The notes below the pieces were generated by a model. It saw nothing but the letters and a program-made list of their open reading frames with translations, made no database searches and had not been told where the DNA came from. Made by a program: the position numbers and the translations under genes. Positions 51,691 through 64,000 of a DNA stretch of 64,000 bases are shown here, one piece after another; position 1 is the stretch's first letter; every line of letters begins with the position of its first letter. Where the stretch lies: NCBI RefSeq assembly GCF_006345805.1, contig NC_043008.1, positions 40,734,001 through 40,798,000 on the forward strand, in the 5' to 3' direction. Source of the stretch: Octopus sinensis. Lineage: Eukaryota.

Positions 51691-54596
51691 GCGTAGATAA
51701 ATCATTTTAAAAGTGTATCTCGAAGTGGATACAACTATAAATAATCATAAGTTTGTATGTGAAGGTGTGTAAGTCTTGAAATTTGAACATGTATGAATAC
51801 GAGAGCTGATGTCTCTGTGTGAAGTTTGACTGCAAACAATATTATATATAGGCTTACCGACATACACATGTGTACGTATATACAGATGGGTGTATGGGAA
51901 GTATAGCAGATACTATGCCAAACAGAATTATATAAACAGGAATATACGATAATAATATGAAATATATTTTGCAATATGCTATTTCATTCCTATATTTATT
52001 GTAGTGGTTTTTCATTATCGTAATATTTTATATAACTTTTGGTTTGCTTTAAATTGGTTAACATTCGAAATATTCTTTATAATTTTATACTGATAAAATT
52101 TCCATATAATTCAGAAAATTCCATTTAAACATTCTAGATTAATGAATTTCTTTGTGCTTTTGCTTGCGTATTTGTGATTCGACTGTAATTTCGTGTTGCT
52201 GTTACTCCTTCACTGCAAAGGTTTGTGCTCCTCCTCACCAGCTGAAATTGCATAGAGTGGAAAACATGTTTAACAGAAACAAATAATACAGGCAATGTTG
52301 TTAGGAATATTTGTTTTAGTGTTTCTGCTGATGCTTCTATCGAATGGCATGAGTCTTGTTAAATATAGCAGGATTCTTTTCAATGGTAGATGAAGAAAAA
52401 CCTGACATTAATCTGTTTTAGATACTATCGTGCGATTTATGATATATGTAGCTATTTCATTTATGATCATACACATGTGATATACAGGATGCCAGTTCGA
52501 TAACAACTCTGTACATCATAGTGTACAGCGCAAGTCACACTTTATTTTCAAATACGAAGGATACTCTAGTTGCTTAGACAATGTTGGTTTTCAAAGGAAT
52601 TTTATTAGTATAAATGTTCAGGTAGTTCAAAGGAATGCAGCGAAAAACTGTTATATATAACAAAATTGAAAGGAAAATTACCTATTTTTTCTGGAGTTTG
52701 CTATCATTAGTTAACCGCAACAGACGCACTAAGCAATTATAACTTACAGGCTTTATTAAATTTCTTATAATTATTCATGTCGATAAAAATATTGGAATTT
52801 GTTAGAAATTATAGCGAGAAAGAAATCATTACATATGTTGATTCGAGTTCACAGAGATATATGTCCAAATATGCACTGCTCATGCAAGCAAAGCGCAATG
52901 CAGTTCATGCATGGACATATATTCTTTGAATTTGTTAAATGCTAGTTATATATAAGCTAATTCTTTTATGCATATCTTTTTAGCAAAAAAGCACGTTTCA
53001 TTTCTAGCAGGACAATAAGCGAACAAATGTTTACTAAACTGAGGCGAAAACAAAATCAAAGGGCAGATAATTGTATAATATTTCTTTGAGAGATTGGAGT
53101 TATAAACTGGAGCATTTGATATTTTAACGAAGCTTTGATAAGTTACTTATGTTATTCATATCAAAATATTAAGTAAAATTTCATTTATCGTGGATGCCGT
53201 GAAGTTATTTGTAGTTTTCTAATGTTCAAACTTTTATGCAGTCAAGAAACGTATTCAATAAATATGTTTATAGACAAATATGTGTGTACTTGCGCACAAG
53301 TACTGTTTGATAGACAAAGAACGAGAGAGAAAGGGATGCTGTTATGCATCATTTCAGGAAACAACTACAGATTCATTAACTGATGTTAATTGCCGCACTA
53401 ATATGGTTACGAGTTGTAGTTTGTGAATTTATTATACTTTGAATTTAGGTCACAAAAGATAACTCGTATGCGTGCGTTTGTGTGTGCTCGCACTTGTGCT
53501 TGTGTGTGTGTCTCTGTCTTTTGCGTGTGTATGTGTGTGATTGTGTGTAATAGGATACTATCTTCGTTAACATCTCAGAAGGAAAAAAACTATCACTTGA
53601 ATGAAGAATAAAGTTATCATCAAAAAAATATAGCATAAATGATTACTGGATAAATCAACACGAAATTACTATTAGAAATGTTCGTTAATTTCGGATTCAG
53701 CGTGTGGAATATACTGAAGATTGTTAATAAGGATTTGTTTATATATACTAGATATGAAAGGTTTTTTTTTATATTGGCGATTAGTAATTAGCAAATTCAT
53801 TGTAGATACCCGTAGCAGAAAATGATAATGGAGATTAACTATAATACGTTACACCATAAGATACAAAAATACTTTGGGTGTTCGAAACTTTGGAATGATG
53901 TGTAATTAAAATATATGTTATCATACGATTCATTAAATGTATGATCAAATTATGTTCTATTTGTTATGGTTGTAACAAATATGTGCAAACAGCTCTTTAA
54001 ATGATGCAAACAAAATATAATTATGTGCTGGCGATCGATATATCTAAATAAGGATTCTTCTTTAACTAATTCTTAAGATGTTCTATGAATATGGGTAAAT
54101 GACAATTATTAACTTAAGAAGTAGGTATATGTAAAGAATGAGTTGGAATTTAATGATGTATTTAGAATGATGCCGGCAAAGTGAAATAATGGCTAATTTC
54201 TCTGATTTGTTTGCGAAATGAGAATATACTATATGAAGTGGTTTTGATTTAACTTATATTAAAATAATTGATCGGAGACAAAATAAGAATATATATGTAA
54301 ATTTGTAATAACCATTTAAATTAGTTAAATAGCCTTAAACTATATGCATTTAATTGACCGCTAACAATGAAGCTTTAGTGTAATTTAAATAAAGTGTTCA
54401 TATGCGTACACTCATTTACACACAAATAATAAATACGGCTAGTATATGTGTGTGTGTGTGTGTGTTTGCGTGTGTATACCTGTGGGATGGGAGTAGATAA
54501 TGATGCAAATAAACACACTTGGCTTTGATATACAAGTTATACATATATGCATACATATATATGTAGATATGTGTGTGTGTGCTTGTGTGTGTGTGT

Positions 54597-54646
<50 letters not shown>

Positions 54647-54871
54647 ATGTGTGTGTGTAAGTAGGGTGGAACAAACACTGAAAACATTCAGAAATTAATC
54701 ACTCGTTTATAAATCTGAATATTTGACACAAGAGAACAGTAAACTAAACGGAAATGGCATAGAATTTCAGCTGTTTCTGGGGAGTCAGATATACGTAATA
54801 ATTAAATGTGAACAAATAGAATATGCAGCCCCTGGTGGATGCACAGAAACATTACCGTAAGACCGACCTTC

Positions 54872-56960
54872 GACTTTAGGATGGCATGTAGCTAGTTGAG
54901 TGTTCAATGTATATAACACTTAATAACTATCCGAAAGAGGTAGATGCAGTACATATACACGGAATGTACCGAAGCTGATGCCAGAATGTTCATAACATTT
55001 TAAAGTCAAAGAATATTAAAACTGCACATGCTGATAGAGTGAAAGTACCTCCAACGCTATTCTTTTTCCAGTTCCTCGTTGCAAGTAAATAATAAGCTGC
55101 ATGTAAATGCAACGGGCTCCCATGTAGACTTTAGAGATTGGCATGTAGCTAGTTGAGAGTTCATTTCCATCATTATGTCCATATCAGCTCTCCTGATTTC
55201 AACGCATAGCGACTTTTCCTCAGCGCACATACTTCACGGTAAATTCCTTGAGCACATTTTTTTCCGATAGAGTGCAACTCAGGATCTTACCTGTTTATTC
55301 TACATATGTATCTATGTATGTATATATACATACATTATGTCAGGTCACTTTCGAGACCTACTGGTTACATGTAACCCAGTACAACCTGTTGCATGGTCGG
55401 GTCGTCGGCGACTAAACCGGCAAGCCCGCCGAGCTTGCTTGGTGAAGAGGGATTTTATTGGACACCCTGCGGGATGAAAAGCGAAACCCTTCAAAGGGCA
55501 GAGGAACTCTTGAGAGTCAACGGCCATCCAATAAATGTCTTAAGGCTGTTTCATGCACGGGGACATAGAAATACCCGGACTGAATATCCGATCGCTCAGT
55601 TAAACCATTGGGAGTGAAGGACTCCTAGCCTTTGTAGGGGCATCCTTCTAGGAGAAGTTAACTCAGGTAACTGCGATAACTCCGACATAAAACCTGCGAC
55701 CCAGTGGTTACTGATGACGTTGACTCGTTCTTCTTTTCCGATTATGGAAGCTGTTGTTTAGTGAGTGGGATTGACTCAGTGCACAGCCTTTGCTCACTTC
55801 TTGCAGAGGCATTGCAAGATAACAACATTAAGTTTCGTGCAATGGCCATACTCGATAACGAAGGGGCAGCCACTATATAAACATAGCACTTGTGATTTTA
55901 GTTTTATTATTCTAGTATGTGATTCTAGTTTTATGTGAAGCAAAGAGTATCTTATGTAGTTAGACACATTTGGATGATGTATTAATGAACTGAAACAAGA
56001 AACTTCTCAATGGAAGAAAACTGCTTAATTGTATGGCATTTGTTACGTGATCATTGAAGATGTCAATCACAGTTTTGAAACAGAGAAATAGTGTAATGTT
56101 AAAATCATGAGAATGATATATTTTGTATCTGATGTAGGTGCTAATTTATATTTGATTAGTTAGTGGGTGTAGGGCATAGTTCAATTTATGTAGCTAATAA
56201 CAGATCTGCAGTGTTGCGTAATTAACATTTCTAGATAATTTACTCTGATAAAACAAACAAGTGTGAAAATATGGTGTGAAGCCAGGAGAGTGGGAGAGAG
56301 AGGGGAGGTGGATAAAGAGAGAGAGAGATGGAGGGGGAGAAGGAAAGAGAGTGGGAGATGGAGAAGCAGAGAGACAGAGAGACATACAAGCTGACAGACA
56401 TACAAACAAACAGACATGCAGACAGGCAGGCAGTTATGGAGATGACCGAGTGGTATATTTAGTGTGTGAACTGGAGATTCAAGCTAGTAAATTACCAAAT
56501 TAAACGCTGATAGTCAGAGATCGATTTGCAGTATTTTATTCTTGATTAATCATGTTTAGTAAAAAGCAGGTAACATTCATATAGACTGAAAGAGCAGGTG
56601 ATCGCCGCTTCTCCCGTGTGCAGATTTGATGGAGTTTTTGAAGATTGACCTTCATCAACATTCGTCGGTGCCCTTATTACTGATAACCTCTATTCATTTA
56701 ATATGTTCGCTTTCTGATAATACTGGAAATGATTTATTAATAAGGTATCAATGTTTTTAAGTAAATAACACTTAACTATTAGAAAGAGGTAAATGTACCA
56801 CATATATGCGGAATGTAACGAAGCTGATGCTAGAGTGGAGATAAGATTTTAAACTGAGAGAATATTAAAATTACACGTGCTGATAGAGTGAAACTACCTC
56901 CAGCCCTATTCTTTTTCACGTTCCTCGCTGTATGTAAACGCAACTTGCTCTCATTGAAAT
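54872..56960. repeat. Dispersed ~255-bp repeat unit (54872-55163 partial tandem; second copy 56767-56960)
   Basis: gactttag..ggcatgtagctagttgag.gttca at 54872 and 55127; aacacttaa...gaaagaggta...cgaagctgatgc...tgctgatagagtgaaa.tacctcca..ctattcttttt at ~54914-55080 and ~56767-56920. Confidence 0.85.
55336..55879 (+). mobile_element. ~545-bp non-autonomous element, probably RTE 5'-UTR-derived (copy 1)
   Basis: Aligns end to end with 63033-63580 while the flanks do not align; the RTE link is recalled resemblance only. Confidence 0.7.
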
Positions 56961-57049
56961 TTTTACATACAAGATATGCAAGTTGCAAAACATTTAGAAA
57001 AGCCTAAAAATTGTTTGCGGTGATGACATCAGTGTGAACAAGACGTACA

Positions 57050-57960
57050 CAGAAGATGGAAGAATGTTAGTGTAGAAAGCTCCAAATAAATCAATACACA
57101 CCTTGGGGTACTAAGATCTGCATCCACTGACATGAATTCTCAACCGCAATTTGATTCGCACGCGTCTTAATCGCAGACGTACTTGTACAAGTTTCCTCTG
57201 CTCACAATGCGAATCAGAAGTTGGGTATTGGAAATATGTGAGAAAGGGAGTACATCGACGAATGATACTCAATTTCGAAAGAAACTGATAGAAGTCTGGC
57301 AAGTTCTGATATTCTTGAATAGTATGAAGGAAATGAAAACACTTTTACTTTCTCTGTTATTGTAACAGGAGGAAAAAAACATGATGTATCTTTATGAAGC
57401 AGAAAGAGCGGCTCAGTTCATGGAAAACTGTCACATCTTTTCATCATGACTTAAGTAGGTCAAGAAACAGCAATTGTCTTAGTTAACCCTCAAGACTGTA
57501 TGTAGGATGACTCAGAAGTCATTTACATTGATTTTGGGACGGTTGTTATGCATGTACATCGGCAAGCACTTTTAGTCACTAAAAAACTTAATGAAAACAT
57601 TAAGAAGAAAGGACTGAAAGATATGAGAAAACGGTGCATATTAAGTTTGAGAATGCGCAGCCAATATTCTTCCACAAATTAGGGCGACTTGTCACTATCT
57701 ACCGTAGAATATTCACGACAAACCACTAACTAGCTTACTTTAATGTTAAGATATTTTACAGTGAGATGTACCAATATTGTTGGTACACCCACAGCAATGC
57801 TTCTTACCAGAATGACTACTAATGCTGCTTAAGATTCACCATAATAATTATTCCTGGTCATACAATATATGATAACTATAAAAGCAGCAGAACTATGATA
57901 TAAAGAGAGTAATCTGTCGGTGCAATGCTTCACAACAGTAGATGGTGTCTTGCTGATAAT
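57050..57960 (+). mobile_element. Old mariner transposase remnant
   Basis: Decayed HLG.TKICIH, FSVIVTG.., LYEAE...Q, DDSEVIYIDF, ENAQP; no TIRs recognised. Confidence 0.6.
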
Positions 57961-58229
57961 AATATTTCTTCAACGAAATTTTCAGATTCTTTATCAAGGA
58001 GAGGAGTTTAACCCGAAATCTAGTAAAATCATTGAAGAACCTATACAATTAATATAATATATTTTCTGTTATTCACTGACCTCACCTTACATATCTGTAT
58101 TTAAATAGGATTATTTCTTTATTATGTTTAATATTTATACACACACACTTATTTGGATACATATATACACAAGCACATGCATATACACATACACATGGGC
58201 ACACACACATATTTTGTATGTATACATAT

Positions 58230-59073
<844 letters not shown>

Positions 59074-59249
59074 ACTTTAATTTTAACTTTCCTATGATAT
59101 ACAACTTTCAAGATGGCATAATTTGGTTGTTCATTTTGAACCAATAAAAAGGTTTTTACAAATATTTTATGTATAAGTCTGTGTGTGTGTATATATATGT
59201 GTTGGTATAAATATCAACACACAAAAATATTTTTTCTTCTCCACTTCCT

Positions 59250-59699
59250 CCCTTATTTTTATTTTTATTTTATTTTTTTTTTTTTTATATTTTTATTTAT
59301 TCTTTAAATTTTTTTTATTTTTTATTTTATTTTTTTATTTTTTATTTTTACATTTCTATATTTTTTATTTTTTTATTTTTATTATTATTATTTTTATTTT
59401 CCCTTTTCTCTTTTTGTCTCTCTCCCCTTCTCCAAACACACAGACACACACACACACATACACACTCACACACACACACGCACGCACACAAAAACACACA
59501 CGGACACACAGACACACACACACACACACACACCTCCACAGAATGATCATAGAAAGTGTGACCCCAAATTACATTTGCCAGGCCAACCTACGCACAACAC
59601 ACACTCAGTGACATCGAAATGGTCGGCCAAAGTTCTTATAAAACCACAAGCGGTCCAGCAGACCAACGGAAATAACACTTCTTCACTCTCAGATATAAA

Positions 59700-59736
<37 letters not shown>

Positions 59737-59748
59737 ACACGCACACAC

Positions 59749-59779
<31 letters not shown>

Positions 59780-59790
59780 TACACATACAC
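59250..59790. repeat. (TTTTA)n low-complexity tract and (CA)n microsatellites
   Basis: Directly visible. Confidence 0.93.
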
Positions 59791-60193
59791 ACATATTTTC
59801 TCTCTGTCTCACTTCCTCCTCACCCACTACTACGCAACTATAAAAAGGTTCAAACTACCCACAACTGATTTGATTTGAAAAGCCCACTAGAATGGGAGCA
59901 AGCGCTAATCCAAAATCCGAATGATATGATATGATATATATGTAAAAAATGTAATATATAAATAAATATCTACAAATATGAACCATCTGATCTGATTACC
60001 TCAATTTTTCTAATATATATATATATATATATATACATATACAATACGTATTCCTTTATATTGGGCTTACCTCTGTTTTTGAACGTTAGACCATCAAATT
60101 TTCCTTCCCTGGCCGTCTGCTAATACTTAACATGTGCCATGTCCTCACGTTGTTGTATTTTTTCTGTTTGTTCTTTTTTTTTGGGGGGGTGTT

Positions 60194-60237
<44 letters not shown>

Positions 60238-61384
60238 CATATATAAGAAAAAGTTTTCGCGAAATCAACAGATAAACATGAATTTATTAATATAATTCCA
60301 ATTTCGAATAACATCGATACTGTTGAAACTTTGAGTTATGCTAATAAGATGTTGTATATTTGTCGCTTTCTCCATTTTCTTTTGTTTACTTATAAATAAA
60401 TGATAATATACCCATTCGTATCGATGAGAATCTAACATGTTTTTAGTGTTTCACCGATATACTGGATTAAGCTGAAGAACGTAAATGTTACCATCCCTTT
60501 ATGAGATATATAAAATCTTAATAATATATATATATTTATATATACATATACATATATATATATCATGGGAGGATCATTACACCAGTAATGATAATTACCC
60601 GCACAGAAGTGAGATATATATATAAATATATAAGTGCAAAGGTAAAGGCATTAATACGTTAGATATACATAAATAAATAGTTTAGAGTAAAGAAATTAAT
60701 AGGTAGATAAAACTGTTGGTTTGTACATTATAGAATTACACACGAATGGCTTCATCGGCAAATTGTTCTGCCTGTGGCGATTAGCTGATGAATTCGTCGC
60801 AATAATACAGCAGCATCAATAGGTTCTTTTGTTGTAGCATTATATTGTCATCAAAATTCCTTTCGTCATTATCTTCTTGCTATATAATAATTTTACTTTC
60901 CATTTTCCATTTTCTATTCTTGATACTTTTCTTCAGTTTTCTATTTTCATATTGAAATCATGTTAATCTTACCGAGGTTTTCTTAATTTGTACTTTATTT
61001 TAGAATAAATATGCTTAGAATAACTATCGTTTTTGTATTGCTTTATACAAAGATTTCAGTTTATAGATATCAATGTATTAAATGTGTGACATTTCGACTT
61101 GTTTCTTTTTGTTTTATTTCACAACAATTATTCATTCGTCACGAAGCAGTAAGAATGTTTAACAAACAATACAGCAAAAATGTTTAACACGCATATTAAA
61201 TAAATTTTAATTGAAAATATCTAGAGAATAGAGGAATGAATATTGAAGTACTGATAGATGATGTGAAATATATAGAATGAAACATAAAATTATGGCCTTA
61301 CATTCAAAAGTGTGCAATTTATTTTCTCAATCAGCATAGTTTACATGCAAAATACAACTTACTGCATGTGTTTTATACGTGTCT

Positions 61385-61530
61385 CAATCATTTGGCTGCG
61401 GGTCATGCTGGGGCAGAGGCTTCAAGAATATTTAGTCGAATCAAGCGATATCGGATTTTTGGTAGCTTGGTACTTACTGTCTCAGTGTCTTTTGCCAAAC
61501 TGCTGATGTTATAGGTACCTAAACACAGAA
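61385..61530 (+). mobile_element. SINE body fragment (a related fragment lies at ~18500-18552)
   Basis: gctgcgggtcatgctggggca is similar to gctgcggccattctggggca at 18527-18547. Confidence 0.5.
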
Positions 61531-61574
61531 GTCTCGTGACCTGCACTCAGACGCAATCACTTTTGATTTATGTA

Positions 61575-61813
61575 TATATATATATTATATATAATATATA
61601 TATATATACATACATACATACATATATATATATGTATATATGTATATACATACATGCATACATATATATATATAATATATATATATATATAATATAATAT
61701 ATATATATAATATATATATTATATATATATATATATAATGATAAAATGTGATAAAAAACTTAATGTATAAAATATCTATCATTTGCAAAAATCTTCCGCA
61801 ATTTAATATAAAT

Positions 61814-61889
<76 letters not shown>

Positions 61890-61890
61890 T
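61575..61890. repeat. (TA)n microsatellites
   Basis: Directly visible. Confidence 0.95.
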
Positions 61891-62029
61891 ATTTATATTA
61901 AATTGTGGAAGTTTTTCAAATGATAGATATTTTATACATAAAGTCTTTGATTACATTACATCATTATATGACGCTAAAGCGTCATATACTCTGCAGTATA
62001 TGTGTGTATGTGTGTGTGCGTATGTGTAA

Positions 62030-62268
62030 ATGGTAATAGGATAAAAATCCCTTTGGTCACGAATGGTCATAATATTGCACCTAGAAAGGCAAATACTGAT
62101 ACAGATTGACACCATTGACGTCGCAACTCATTTGTACAGATGAGCGAACTGGAGTTACATGAAGTAAAGTCTCTTTCTCAAGAACACAACAAAACGCGGT
62201 CTAGGAATCGAACTTACTACCTCATGATTGTGATCAAGATGCTCTAACCACAGAGCTATGTGACTTCA
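62030..62268 (-). mobile_element. tRNA-derived SINE, decayed (head related to 28818-29070)
   Basis: ctcaagaacacaac...ctaggaatcgaac...ctaaccacagagc parallels ctcaagaacacaac...ccaggaatcgaaac...ctaaccacaaagc. Confidence 0.75.
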
Positions 62269-63032
62269 TATATATATGTGTGTTTGTTTGTGCGTTCGTG
62301 CGTGAGAGAGAGTGAGAGAGTAAGCGTAGTAGGCTCAATTCACATTTTCAAATGACATGAAATAAACTCAAAATTTAAACATTAAACTTCTTCCAACGTT
62401 CTATACAGATCATGAAACAACTCGATATTTGCATATATACTTGACACTGTACATCTGTGAATGCTAATATATGTATATACATATTCAACGTGTGTGTGTT
62501 GGGTGTTGGTGTGTGGGGCTTATGGTTTGTTCATGCATTCGTGTGTGTTTGTGTGTGTGCATTTGCATTTTTAATTTTTGGTGAAGGGGTCGAGTAAAGC
62601 TCCTTTTGGCACGCTATGCGTCAAATGTATGTAGCTTCTAATTCAGTGAGAAATATATATGGTATAAACCCAAAGCGAGATTGACCCAGAGTTCTTGAAA
62701 TAAAATATCCGACATAAGCAATCGTGAGGTTAAATAAATATGACGTACAAATAACATTTTATTTTTGATTGCTTATTGGCTGTTGCAAAATTACCATAAT
62801 AAAGTGAGTTTGAGGACAGCTGCATGGTTAACGATTTTACCATGTTTTCAGGCTCCGATATCAAGCAACAATATCGAGAATGTTGCAGTTTATTACTTTG
62901 CATTGCGTCTTCATTTGGAATTAACGGGGTCAGGGGATTAATTTCATTCCCATAAAATATCAGCAAAAATTATATGTGCACCCAAATGCATGTACTATGT
63001 CTGTGTGAATGTATATGTGTATATATATGCTC

Positions 63033-63580
63033 TATGTCAGGTCACTTTCGAGTGCTACTGGTAACATGTAACCCAGTACAACCTAGCGGGAGACTAAACC
63101 GGCAACCCCGCCAAGCTTGCTTGGTGAGGAGGGTGTTTATTGGACACCCTGCGGGATGAAAAACAAAACCTATCAAAAGGCAGAGGAACTATTGAGCGTC
63201 AATGGCCATCCAATAAATGTCTTAAGGCTGTATCATGCTCAGGGACATAGAAATAATCGAATTGAATACCCGATCGTGCGTATAAACCATTGGGAGTGAA
63301 GGACTCCTAGCCTTTGTTAGGGCATCCTTCTAGTAGAAGGTAACTCAGGTAACTGGGATAACTCCAACATAAAAACTGCGGCTCAGTGGTTGCCGATGAT
63401 GTTGACGTGTTCTTCTTTTCAGATTATGGCTGCTGTTGCTTAGTAAGTGGGATTGACTCAGTGCACAGCCTTTCCTCACTTAAAAAAAAATCTTCTTGCA
63501 CAGGCATTGCGCGATAACAACTTTGATCAAGCTTTGCGCAATGGACATACTCAATAACGAGGGGGCTGCCACCATATATA
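63033..63580 (+). mobile_element. ~545-bp non-autonomous element (copy 2)
   Basis: tatgtcaggtcactttcgag...ataacga.ggg.c.gcca..atata, shared with 55336-55879. Confidence 0.7.
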
Positions 63581-64000
63581 TGCTCGGTCGGTGCTATATC
63601 TTCTGACAACTGTTCAAATGTACACCAGGCTCATCAAATCACGAGAACATCTGACATATTTTGAGGTAGATCGTATGTGTATTTGCACGTATGGGTTTTT
63701 GCGCGTGCACTCGTATATACGTGTGGGTGGACATTTGTATAACAATTTTTATGCTGACATTCTTAGGTGTACGGCATCTAATTCAATAAGAAATTAATAT
63801 GTAATATTATTGTATTTCATCCGGTAATAAACATAAATTTAATATTTACACTCAACATACTCTCATCAAAATACACACATAAAGGCGCACACACAATCAT
63901 ACACACATACACACACACAAACACAGACACATATTTATACTTTGTGCGTAAACAAAGCAAGAAATGGTCTCATGTGAACAAATGTGGTGACGAACATTTT

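Noticed and set aside
60770-60830. CTGATGA as a possible hammerhead core (also at ~2737, 36047, 47862 and 55711)
   Set aside because: No correctly placed stem II + GAAA + NUH and stem I complementarity.

Overview
Eukaryotic, very AT-rich, microsatellite-dense intergenic or intronic DNA. The SINE types, repeat spectrum and (TA)n/(TACA)n load suggest a cephalopod such as Octopus; this is inference only. No intact host protein-coding gene is recognisable, and almost all ORFs in the supplied track are microsatellite artefacts or transposon fragments. The window is a graveyard of mobile elements: three Penelope-like (RT/GIY-YIG) remnants, a Tc1 element with long TIRs and a nested mariner MITE, a near-full-length mariner, three further mariner remnants and a maT-like remnant, a piggyBac, a Helitron, a hAT MITE, CR1/Jockey-, RTE- and R4/Dong-type LINE fragments, and tRNA-derived SINEs. 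The most striking structure is a spacer-less palindrome at 22508-22839 with 166-bp arms and one mismatch. It carries a minimal type I hammerhead ribozyme with an intact consensus core on each strand. A second quasi-palindrome (23963-24225) has a hammerhead-like skeleton, and the Penelope at 44.0-45.7 kb has degenerate hammerheads in inverted terminal repeats. Weak candidates for host exons, a core promoter and decayed GPCR-like frames are reported as low-confidence leads.
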